The position numbers and the translations under genes are program-made. 52,050 nt of DNA from an uncultured Pseudomonadales bacterium (GTDB taxonomy: Bacteria > Patescibacteriota > Microgenomatia > UBA1400 > MFAQ01), in assembly GCA_964487665.1 (NCBI GenBank), contig CAZARR010000006.1:1-52050 (forward strand), read 5' to 3'. Shown in pieces: positions 45,035-52,050 of this stretch. Below the pieces are notes generated by a model. The model was not told the origin of the DNA, ran no database searches, and saw only the letters and a program-made list of their open reading frames with translations. Numbering within the stretch: the first letter of the stretch is position 1; every line of letters starts with the position of its first letter.

Positions 45035-45325
45035 ATGACCGAACAAGTAGAAGATAAACAACCATATGTTGTACTTGATATTCGCAAAGAAAGTGGGGTT
45101 GCCAAAATTATCGATTTAGCTAAAGGTAAAACTTTGGCTACTGTTACAAATAAAGGGTCGGGTCGATCATTAGAAGAATTAGCTCGTGAATCAGCGGGAG
45201 AGGCTGGGAAAGTCCCGGTTCGTATCGTAAGAGACGGAATTACTACAGAAAGCCGTGCGACCAGAGAAGAACTTAGGAAAGCTGTTGGGCCTCCTGTGTT
45301 TACCAGAGGAACCGATAGGAAGTGA
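45035..45325 (+). CDS. Hypothetical protein
   Basis: 96-aa ORF. Confidence 0.6.
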   Translation: MTEQVEDKQPYVVLDIRKESGVAKIIDLAKGKTLATVTNKGSGRSLEELARESAGEAGKVPVRIVRDGITTESRATREELRKAVGPPVFTRGTDRK

Positions 45326-45388
45326 TTAGAGGTGGTGTGTGTTTTGCCGGTAGGGGGTTTTTGAGTTATAATCTAGCCATTATTTGAT

Positions 45389-45432
45389 CACACATCTGGG
45401 GGGGATCTCCTGACAAAAACCCGCCAGAGAGG
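45389..45432 (+). promoter_or_regulatory. rpsB leader (uS2 autoregulatory element, putative)
   Basis: CACAC-TCTGG...CCAGA-GAGG architecture resembling known rpsB leaders; TATAAT at 45367-45372. Confidence 0.55.
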
Positions 45433-45446
45433 ATAAAGGAGACAAA

Positions 45447-46262
45447 ATGGCTACCAAAAAGGTTGCAGCAAAGACCGCGGTTAAAGCGGTTAAAAAAGAA
45501 GTTAAGGAAGTAAAGAAGAAAGTTACCAAGAAGGTGTTGGTAGAGAAAAAGCCCGAGGGGGTAATGGGATTGATGGAACAGCTACTAGAAAGTGGTGCCC
45601 ATTTTGGTCACACCGTGAAACGTTGGAACCCCAAAATGAAAAGGTTTGTATGGCAAGAACGGGGTGGGGTGCATATATTCGATCTCGAAAAAACAGCTAA
45701 GCAATTGGAACTGGCAGAGCAAAAATTAAGGGAGTTTGCAGCTGTAGGAAAGAGAATGGTAATGGTGGGGACCAAAAGACAAGCTCGAGATGCTGTTTTG
45801 GAAGCTGCACAGCGGATAGGAATTGCCCGAGTCACTGAGCGGTGGTTGGGTGGGACGATCACCAACTGGGGTCAGATAAAGTCTCGTTTAAATAGATTGG
45901 CAAAACTCAAGGACGACCGAGATACTGGCAAACTTTCTAAATATGTCAAAAAAGAGAGGGTTCTATTTGATAAAGAAATTGAAAAGCTCGAAAGATTTTT
46001 TGGCGGTATTTCTAGTCTCAAAGATTTTCCAGAGGTGGCCATAATTGTTGATACCCACAAAGAAAAGGTGGCGGTTCGTGAAGCAAAGGCTAGGGGAGTG
46101 TTTGTGATTGGGGTGGTTGATACCAATGCAGATCCAGACCTAGTTGATTTGCCGATACCGATGAATGACGATTCAATCGCAGCTATTAAACTAGTTGTTG
46201 ACAGGCTCGCTTTGGCAATCGAAGAGGGTAAAAAAGCAGAGAAAAAGGAGATCAAAAAATGA
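45447..46262 (+). CDS. rpsB: 30S ribosomal protein uS2
   Basis: GAHFGHTVKRWNPKM, VGTKRQA, RWLGGTITN, VDTNADP. Confidence 0.98.
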   Translation: MATKKVAAKTAVKAVKKEVKEVKKKVTKKVLVEKKPEGVMGLMEQLLESGAHFGHTVKRWNPKMKRFVWQERGGVHIFDLEKTAKQLELAEQKLREFAAVGKRMVMVGTKRQARDAVLEAAQRIGIARVTERWLGGTITNWGQIKSRLNRLAKLKDDRDTGKLSKYVKKERVLFDKEIEKLERFFGGISSLKDFPEVAIIVDTHKEKVAVREAKARGVFVIGVVDTNADPDLVDLPIPMNDDSIAAIKLVVDRLALAIEEGKKAEKKEIKK

Positions 46263-46708
46263 TGGACAAAATAGTCAAGTTACGAGAGAAAACCGGAGCA
46301 GGAGTGATGGATGCAAAAAAGGCACTGGAGGAGGCCAAAGGGGATTTGGGTCAGGCTGAGCTGATAATCAAAGAAAAGGGGATTATTAAGGCCGCCAAGA
46401 GGTCAGAAAGGGCTGCTTCTTGTGGCAGAATATATTCTTATTTGCACCAGACCGGTAAGGTGGGGGCGATGGTGGAACTGGCCTGTGAGACAGATTTTGT
46501 GGCCAAAAACGACGATTTTATTCTGTTGTGCAAGGAAATTGCCATGCAGGTGGCCAGTATGAATCCTGAGTCGGTAGAGGTTTTATTGCAACAGGATTAC
46601 ATTCGTGATGGTAGTAAAAAAATCGCCGATTTGGTATCAGAATCAAGCGCCAAAACGGGTGAAAACACCAAGGTGGTGCGATTCGTGCGTTACCAGTTGG
46701 GGGAGTAG
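46259..46708 (+). CDS. tsf: Elongation factor Ts (short form)
   Basis: LREKTGAGVMDAKKAL, CETDFVAK. Confidence 0.95.
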   Translation: MMDKIVKLREKTGAGVMDAKKALEEAKGDLGQAELIIKEKGIIKAAKRSERAASCGRIYSYLHQTGKVGAMVELACETDFVAKNDDFILLCKEIAMQVASMNPESVEVLLQQDYIRDGSKKIADLVSESSAKTGENTKVVRFVRYQLGE

Positions 46709-46768
46709 AGATTGTAAATAATAAATGTTGTGATTTGAAGATAAATAGGGTTGTTGTATAATGCGCGC

Positions 46769-47338
46769 GTGGGGAAAGAGTTTAGTCCGATCGGTTTTGT
46801 ACCGTTAGAATTACGCGATCAAGAGGGTCAAGTGGTGCTGGCTGAGAAAAATTTTCCTGCTCTGGAAAAGATTATCGAGTCTGGTTTGCTGCCACCAAAA
46901 GAGATTTGGAGGTTGTTTCATGGGGTTCACAACTCAGTTTGGGGTAGTATATTTTTCCCTCATTTTCGTGTTGATACCGCATTAGACATTGTGGGAATTC
47001 GATTGTCAATGGCTTATGATGATATACGAAGAGATCGAAAACGAGCTTTACATATAGAACGCACAAATAATTATTTGGCTGCCTGCAAGCAAGCATTCGG
47101 TGCTTTTGTCTGGGTAGAGATTGGGCACGGGGGCTTTGAAAGGTTCGATGGTGAGCATAATTACGAATTTGACCTTGGTCGGATAACAGCACAAGGTTTT
47201 CGTGTTTCCGGGCCAGACAATTACAAAGAGACATTACGTTATTTTGCAGAATATAGACGCAAGATGGAAATTAAAAAAGATTTATTTACTAGATACCATC
47301 TGGCCTGGTTTTTGAATCGGTTGGCTGGTGTAAGATAG
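46769..47338 (+). CDS. Hypothetical protein
   Basis: TATAAT 6 nt before GTG 46769. Confidence 0.65.
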   Translation: MGKEFSPIGFVPLELRDQEGQVVLAEKNFPALEKIIESGLLPPKEIWRLFHGVHNSVWGSIFFPHFRVDTALDIVGIRLSMAYDDIRRDRKRALHIERTNNYLAACKQAFGAFVWVEIGHGGFERFDGEHNYEFDLGRITAQGFRVSGPDNYKETLRYFAEYRRKMEIKKDLFTRYHLAWFLNRLAGVR

Positions 47339-47345
47339 TGGTTAT

Positions 47346-47906
47346 ATGGATCAACAGATAAGAGATTCGTTGACAAGTAAGTTAGAAAAAGTTGTTGAGA
47401 TAGTTCGCGAGGACTTGGCATCGATAAGGACCAGCCGTGCAAAGCCAGATTTGCTCAGCGGGATTGATGTCATAGCCTATGGTGGACAAAAAATGAAGTT
47501 GTTTGAGCTGGCTACTATTACTGCTCCTGATAATAATATGCTGATTATTTCTCCTTGGGACAAAGGAGTAATACAGGATATTGAGAAAGCAATTACCGTC
47601 AGTAACTTGCAGTTGAACCCGACTGTAAGCGGGGATTCGATCAGGGTGGTTATACCGGCTTTGACCGAAGAAAGGCGTCGCGATTTTGTCAAATTGCTGC
47701 ACCAAAAGTTGGAAGCTGGCCGGGTAATGCTTAGGCAGGTTCGCCAGGATGTAAAGGAAGAGGTCGAGGCTAGTGAAAAAAAGGATGGGGTTAGCGAAGA
47801 CGATGTCGAAAGGGTGTTGGAACTAATGGAAAAGACGGTTCACGATTATGGGACAAAGCTGGATGAGATGGGGCGAGTGAAAGAATCAGAGATAATGCAG
47901 GTGTAG
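47346..47906 (+). CDS. frr: Ribosome recycling factor
   Basis: IRTSRA, IEKAI..SNLQLNP, PALTEERRRDFVK. Confidence 0.96.
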   Translation: MDQQIRDSLTSKLEKVVEIVREDLASIRTSRAKPDLLSGIDVIAYGGQKMKLFELATITAPDNNMLIISPWDKGVIQDIEKAITVSNLQLNPTVSGDSIRVVIPALTEERRRDFVKLLHQKLEAGRVMLRQVRQDVKEEVEASEKKDGVSEDDVERVLELMEKTVHDYGTKLDEMGRVKESEIMQV

Positions 47907-47961
47907 GGCCAAATTCGAGGTCTGGAAATTTTTTTCGAGGGATATTATAATGCAGGTTATT

Positions 47962-48003
47962 GTCCGCGGTCGCGTTATGGCGACGCGATTGGCGGACTTT
48001 TTT
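47962..48003 (+). terminator. Long hairpin plus U6 (frr terminator or attenuator of the tRNA-like locus)
   Basis: GTCCGC/GCGGAC outer and GTCGCGTT/GACGCGAT inner stems, then TTTTTT; lies just downstream of TATAAT 47946-47951. Confidence 0.6.
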
Positions 48004-48006
48004 CGT

Positions 48007-48077
48007 GAACACCAACGCCGAATGGAGGCGGCCGGGCATCGTATGCCGGTGGGCTGGTTCGATTCCAGCTGGTGTTC
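48007..48077 (+). tRNA. Non-canonical tRNA-like RNA, anticodon-position CGU (Thr-reading) with atypical acceptor stem
   Basis: GAACACCA/TGGTGTTC 8-bp acceptor, D-loop GG, AT-CGT-AT loop, GCTGG-TTCGATT-CCAGC T-arm. Confidence 0.6.
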
Positions 48078-48155
48078 CTTCCCGCGAAAGCGGGCGTGCG
48101 GGGCAAACCCGTCTGCGTGACAACGATGTACACGCGGGGGTTTGCCCCAAATTAG

Positions 48156-48233
48156 TGGGGGGTCGTCTAAACGGCCTAGGACGGGCGGGCATCTGGTTGT
48201 CTGCCTATTAGGGTTCGAATCCCTACTCCCCAG
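48156..48233 (+). tRNA. tRNA-Gln(CUG)-like RNA with elongated anticodon arm
   Basis: T1-A72, G73, AT-CTG-GT loop on a 7-bp stem with a bulge, 3-nt variable region, TAGGG-TTCGAAT-CCCTA. Confidence 0.7.
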
Positions 48234-48236
48234 TCA

Positions 48237-48280
48237 GTCCCTCCTTCGCGCCTTTGGGCGTGGGGGAGGGACATTTTCTT
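48237..48280 (+). terminator. Intrinsic terminator closing the tRNA-like locus
   Basis: 16-bp stem GTCCCTCCTTCGCGCC/GGCGTGGGGGAGGGAC followed by ATTTTCTT. Confidence 0.75.
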
Positions 48281-48302
48281 TGTGCTAGAATTACTCGAGT
48301 AA

Positions 48303-49388
48303 ATGCAGATTTTGATTTTTTTGTTGATATTGTCAGTATTGGTTTTGATTCATGAGCTAGGTCATTTTGCTGCTGCCAGGATTTTTGGTATTAATGTTGA
48401 GGAGTTTGGGATCGGCTTACCCCCTCGGGCACGAAAGTTATTCAGTCAGGGGGGGACGATTTTTAGTTTGAATTGGTTACCGATAGGTGGTTTTGTCAGG
48501 CTAAAAGGAGAAGATGTAGAAGAAGAGCTGGCGGGAAATGACGTATTTTACAAAAAGAAATTGTGGCAAAAAATGACGGTGGTTTTGGCAGGAGTAGTTA
48601 TGAACTTTTTGTTGGGGGTGGCAATTTTTGGGGCTATTTATTCGTATTTAGGAATACCGACAAAAGTTGATCGAGTACGCATTACCGAGATTGTGCCCGG
48701 TAGTCCGGCCGATGAAGCTAAAATAAAGCCTGAGACTTATGTCTTTCGATTTGTCGGACCGAGTGGGGCGGGGGTTGATGTCAAAGACACAAAGTCGTTA
48801 GTTGAACTGATTAACGAGAACAAAGGAAAAAAGATTACGTTATTGGTATCGGGTGAAAAAAATCCGCAAGAATATCAATCGGTGATGCTTGTAGCACGTG
48901 AGAATCCTCCTGCGGGGCAAGGAGCGTTGGGGGTGGTTTTGTCCGATGTGGAACTGGTCAAATATCCATGGTGGCAGATGCCTTTTCGGGGAGCAAAAAT
49001 TGGTTTATCAGAGGCCATCGCCTGGGGCAAGGAAATTGCTCAGGGTTTGGGGGGGTTGGTGGTCAGGATTTTGTCGGGCAAAGGAATTGGCTCGGACGTG
49101 GCTGGACCAATAGGAATTTATCAGGTTAGTGGGCAGGTGACCAAGTTTGGATTGCTTGCTACTTTGCAGTTTGTAGCAGTGTTGAGCATCAATTTGGCGA
49201 TATTAAACATAATGCCCTTTCCTGCCCTAGACGGCGGAAGAGGAGTGTTTATGCTACTCGAAGGGCTACTCCACAAGGATGTCCGGCGCAAGGTTGAGGC
49301 AAAAATCAATATGGTGGGTATGGCGGCACTAATTGGCCTGATGGTACTGATTACCATGAGAGATATATATAAATTGGTGGTGAAATAA
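48303..49388 (+). CDS. rseP: RIP metalloprotease RseP with PDZ domain
   Basis: IHELGH, NWLPIGGFV, GSPADEA, NIMPFPALDGGR. Confidence 0.93.
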   Translation: MQILIFLLILSVLVLIHELGHFAAARIFGINVEEFGIGLPPRARKLFSQGGTIFSLNWLPIGGFVRLKGEDVEEELAGNDVFYKKKLWQKMTVVLAGVVMNFLLGVAIFGAIYSYLGIPTKVDRVRITEIVPGSPADEAKIKPETYVFRFVGPSGAGVDVKDTKSLVELINENKGKKITLLVSGEKNPQEYQSVMLVARENPPAGQGALGVVLSDVELVKYPWWQMPFRGAKIGLSEAIAWGKEIAQGLGGLVVRILSGKGIGSDVAGPIGIYQVSGQVTKFGLLATLQFVAVLSINLAILNIMPFPALDGGRGVFMLLEGLLHKDVRRKVEAKINMVGMAALIGLMVLITMRDIYKLVVK

Positions 49389-49393
49389 AAGTT

Positions 49394-49741
49394 ATGGCGG
49401 ATGAGAGTTGTGTCTTTTGTCAAATAATAGCTGGTAGGTCTCCTGCTGAGATTGTGTGGGAGAGTGATGAATTTATAGCGATTAAAAATAAGTTTCCCAA
49501 GGCACCCGTCCATTTGTTGGTAATGCCAAAAGCGCACATTGAGAAAAAAAAGTTGGTAGGTAGCAATAATGAGGAATTTTGGGGTAAAATACTCAGATCA
49601 GCATTTGAGGTCATCCGCCAGGAGGGGCTCGACAAATCTGGCTACAAGTTGGTAAATAATGGAGCCGGATACAATCACCTAGAACACGAGCACCTGCACA
49701 TCTTGGGTGGAACTAGCTCAGAACCAGGTGGGGAAACCTGA
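49394..49741 (+). CDS. HIT family nucleotide hydrolase
   Basis: CVFCQII, PKAPVHLLVMPK, HEHLHILGG. Confidence 0.92.
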   Translation: MADESCVFCQIIAGRSPAEIVWESDEFIAIKNKFPKAPVHLLVMPKAHIEKKKLVGSNNEEFWGKILRSAFEVIRQEGLDKSGYKLVNNGAGYNHLEHEHLHILGGTSSEPGGET

Positions 49742-49776
49742 AAAAAATGCACAAGAAAGAGAGGTGTCAAAAGTAA

Positions 49777-49995
49777 ATGAGTTTAGTAGTACAGAAAAAA
49801 AGCGGACAAAGTCAACAACAATTAATAAACGAGTTTAGGCGCTTAACTTTCGAAGACAAGGGTTTGGAAAAGGTAAAGGAAGTAGCCATGGGTGGTTATT
49901 TGAAACCTTCAGCCAAAAAAAATATTAAAAACAGAGAGTGGCGAAAGGAAAACGAGAAGATACGCCGCCGTAATCGCCGAGAAAGGGGTAAATAG
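49777..49995 (+). CDS. rpsU: 30S ribosomal protein bS21 (divergent)
   Basis: LINEFRR, YLKPSAKK, basic tail; upstream of yqeY. Confidence 0.7.
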   Translation: MSLVVQKKSGQSQQQLINEFRRLTFEDKGLEKVKEVAMGGYLKPSAKKNIKNREWRKENEKIRRRNRRERGK

Positions 49996-50420
49996 TGTTG
50001 ATTGATCAAATTCGAACCGATATGGTGGTAGCCCAAAAAAGCCGGGACGTTCGTTTGCTCGGGGTTCTAAGGTTACTGTTGTCAGCTCTAAACTATCGAC
50101 AAATTGATGTTGGGGTAGAGAAGTTCGACCAAGAGATGCAGTTAGCAGTGTTACGTACTGAGGCAAAAAAACGTCAGGAAAGTATTGATATTTTTTCGCA
50201 GGTTGGTGATGCTGCCAGAACCGAACAGGAACAATACGAGCTGACAATCATCATGGGCTATTTACCCGCTCCGATTGGTGAAGAAGTGGTGCGAAAAACT
50301 ATACAGGAGGTAGCAGCAGAAACAGGTAAAACAGGTGGGCCATTGATTGGCGAAGTGGTAAAACGCTTGGGGAGTGGAGTTGATGGGAAACTGGTTGCCA
50401 AACTTGTAGCTTTGTTGTGA
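49995..50420 (+). CDS. GatB/YqeY domain protein
   Basis: EAKKRQESIDIF, YLPAPIGEE, DGKLVAKLV. Confidence 0.88.
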   Translation: MLIDQIRTDMVVAQKSRDVRLLGVLRLLLSALNYRQIDVGVEKFDQEMQLAVLRTEAKKRQESIDIFSQVGDAARTEQEQYELTIIMGYLPAPIGEEVVRKTIQEVAAETGKTGGPLIGEVVKRLGSGVDGKLVAKLVALL

Positions 50421-50821
50421 GTGGACCTATCCAGAAATTATCTTTAGACCTACCCATCAGAGCTGACGCGAAGTTCAAGTTTGATCGTAATAGGGTGCGA
50501 AAGGCGGTGGAACAGCTACTAGTTGAACACAAATTATGGGGAAAGGTGATTGTGTCTTTGTCTGTGGTTGGCGATAGAAAGATGCGGGAACTCAAGCGAA
50601 AATATTATGGAGTAGATGAAACGACTGATGTGTTGTCATTTTCGCAGTCCGAAGGAGAAATGCTTCCGGCAGACACAGATGATTTGATCTTGGGGGACGT
50701 GGTGGTCAGTTATCCGCAGGCAAAAAGACAGGCATTAGAGTATTACAAGTCGTTGGATGAGGAAATTGAGTTTCTGGTTTGCCATGGTGTTTTGCATTTG
50801 TTGGGGATCCATCACGATTAA
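50417..50821 (+). CDS. ybeY: rRNA maturation endoribonuclease YbeY
   Basis: TDVLSF, GDVVVS, HGVLHLLGIHH. Confidence 0.95.
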   Translation: MSGPIQKLSLDLPIRADAKFKFDRNRVRKAVEQLLVEHKLWGKVIVSLSVVGDRKMRELKRKYYGVDETTDVLSFSQSEGEMLPADTDDLILGDVVVSYPQAKRQALEYYKSLDEEIEFLVCHGVLHLLGIHHD

Positions 50822-50847
50822 CCTGATTTGTGATCAATTTGTCGCTA

Positions 50848-50876
50848 TTGACAGCCGGTCTAAATGAAAATAGGTT
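50848..50876 (+). promoter_or_regulatory. dnaX promoter, probably leaderless
   Basis: TTGACA-17-TAGGTT, then 6 nt to GTG 50883. Confidence 0.6.
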
Positions 50877-50882
50877 AGTAGT

Positions 50883-52050
50883 GTGAGTTATTACCAAAAG
50901 TATCGACCGCAACTAATTGACGAGTTGGACCTCGATAGCGTTCGTGATGCCCTAAGCCAGTTTATTGGTAAAAAAGACTTTCCTCATGCGTTTTTGTTTT
51001 TGGGTCCGCGCGGGGCAGGGAAAACCAGTGCTGCAAGGATTTTAGCACGGGTGGTAAATTGCGAAAAAAGTTCTCGTGGTGGTATTTTGGGGGAACCTTG
51101 TAACCAGTGTGATCCTTGCAAATCAATTTTGGGGCAGAGTAGTGTGGATGTGATCGAAATGGATGCGGCTAGTCACAGGGGAATTGATGATATTCGCGAT
51201 TTGCGCGAAAAGATACGTTTGTCTCCCAGTGTGTTGCGTCGCAAGGTGTACATAATCGATGAGGTTCACATGTTGACCAACGAGGCCTTCAATGCCCTGC
51301 TAAAGACCCTCGAAGAGCCCCCCGCACACGCGATGTTTGTCCTTTGCACCACAGAGGAAGGCAAAGTCCCCGAGACGGTTCAGAGCCGTTGTACGAGAAT
51401 TTTTTTTCAAAAAGGGAGCAAAGCAGAGGTGGTGCGCTCGCTAAAAAAAGCTGTCAAGGGAGAAAGTTTGGACATTACTCCTGGGGCGATTGATTTATTG
51501 GCTGATAGCGTAGATGGAAGTTTTCGCGAGGGGCACAAATTGCTAGAGCAGCTGTCGCAACGCGAGGGTAAGATCGACGAACAGTCGGTTCAAAAGATAA
51601 TCGGTTTGGTGGGTCTGGGAGACGCGGAAAAAATTGTCGAATGGTCTTTGTCAAAACAGGGAGTATTGATCAGCGAAAAGCTCGAACAGTTGGCCCAAAA
51701 TGGCACAGACGCTGTTTTACTGTTAAAAGAAATATTAGAAGTATTACAAAAACGACTGCACTCGGGGGTTACCCACGGAAATGTGGACATTGAGGTTGTC
51801 AGGTTAATAACGAGGTTAACGGAAATTGCTGCTTTGGTAAAAACATCCCCATTACCACTGTTGCCATTGGAAGTAGTTTTACTTTCGGGCTGTTGGGATA
51901 GCAAGCCAGAGAAGTTGGTGGAAAAGGTAGCAGCACAAGAATTAACAACGGCGGTTGAGGGTGATAGGGCGGCAGATATAGAAAAAATACTAGATGAGTG
52001 GCCTGTTTTACTAAAAAATTTAGCACCAAAGAACCATTCAGTGGCAGGGT
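50883..52050 (+). CDS. dnaX: DNA polymerase III gamma/tau subunit (partial, runs off the right edge; not in the ORF track)
   Basis: Hand translation MSYYQKYRPQ...GPRGAGKTSAARILA...EMDAASHRGIDDIR...DEVHML...ALLKTLEEPP. Confidence 0.96.
   Translation, partial: MSYYQKYRPQLIDELDLDSVRDALSQFIGKKDFPHAFLFLGPRGAGKTSAARILARVVNCEKSSRGGILGEPCNQCDPCKSILGQSSVDVIEMDAASHRGIDDIRDLREKIRLSPSVLRRKVYIIDEVHMLTNEAFNALLKTLEEPPAHAMFVLCTTEEGKVPETVQSRCTRIFFQKGSKAEVVRSLKKAVKGESLDITPGAIDLLADSVDGSFREGHKLLEQLSQREGKIDEQSVQKIIGLVGLGDAEKIVEWSLSKQGVLISEKLEQLAQNGTDAVLLLKEILEVLQKRLHSGVTHGNVDIEVVRLITRLTEIAALVKTSPLPLLPLEVVLLSGCWDSKPEKLVEKVAAQELTTAVEGDRAADIEKILDEWPVLLKNLAPKNHSVAG

Noticed and set aside
47791-48211. ORFs 47791-48192(-) and 47960-48211(+)
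   Set aside because: Stop-poor GC-rich frames across the tRNA-like locus with no protein features
48156-48233. tmRNA acceptor piece or Pyl/Sec suppressor tRNA
   Set aside because: No G3-U70 pair, the triplet is CUG rather than CUA or UCA, and there is no long variable arm
1-52050. Genetic code 25 (UGA = Gly) as in some CPR
   Set aside because: TGA ends conserved genes at the expected lengths (rpsB, folD, ybeY region), and long ORFs are intact under code 11

Overview
52 kb of a bacterial chromosome read with genetic code 11. Gene content suggests a CPR/Patescibacteria, probably Microgenomates-like, genome (inference from the short EF-Ts, atypical uL1, divergent bS21 and two-domain ThyX). Core genes: rplA-rplK-nusG-secE, rpmG, rpmB, fmt, def, mreB, mrdA, dprA, topA, thyX-like, tmk-like, glyA, folD, rpsB, tsf, frr, rseP, hit, rpsU, yqeY, ybeY, partial dnaX, and 4 canonical tRNAs. 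Accessory DNA: an 11.7 kb block between tRNA-Trp and secE (Erm-like rRNA methyltransferase, two paralogous PD-(D/E)XK-like proteins, Ddl-like ligase, SDR, UDG, RelE-type TA), an AbiE TA pair, a HEPN/MNT pair, and a very GC-rich exported-protein gene bracketed by perfect 14-bp inverted repeats. The most unusual signals are non-coding: (1) a ~320-nt structured locus after frr with two non-canonical tRNA-like units (anticodon-position triplets CGU and CUG) that share an anticodon-arm motif; (2) a ~150-nt promoter-to-U-tract structured RNA between the erm-like gene and a nuclease-fold gene; (3) an ~88-nt stand-alone element carrying the 5S rRNA loop C motif. Many genes look leaderless. All folds and protein alignments were done by eye; no searches were run.
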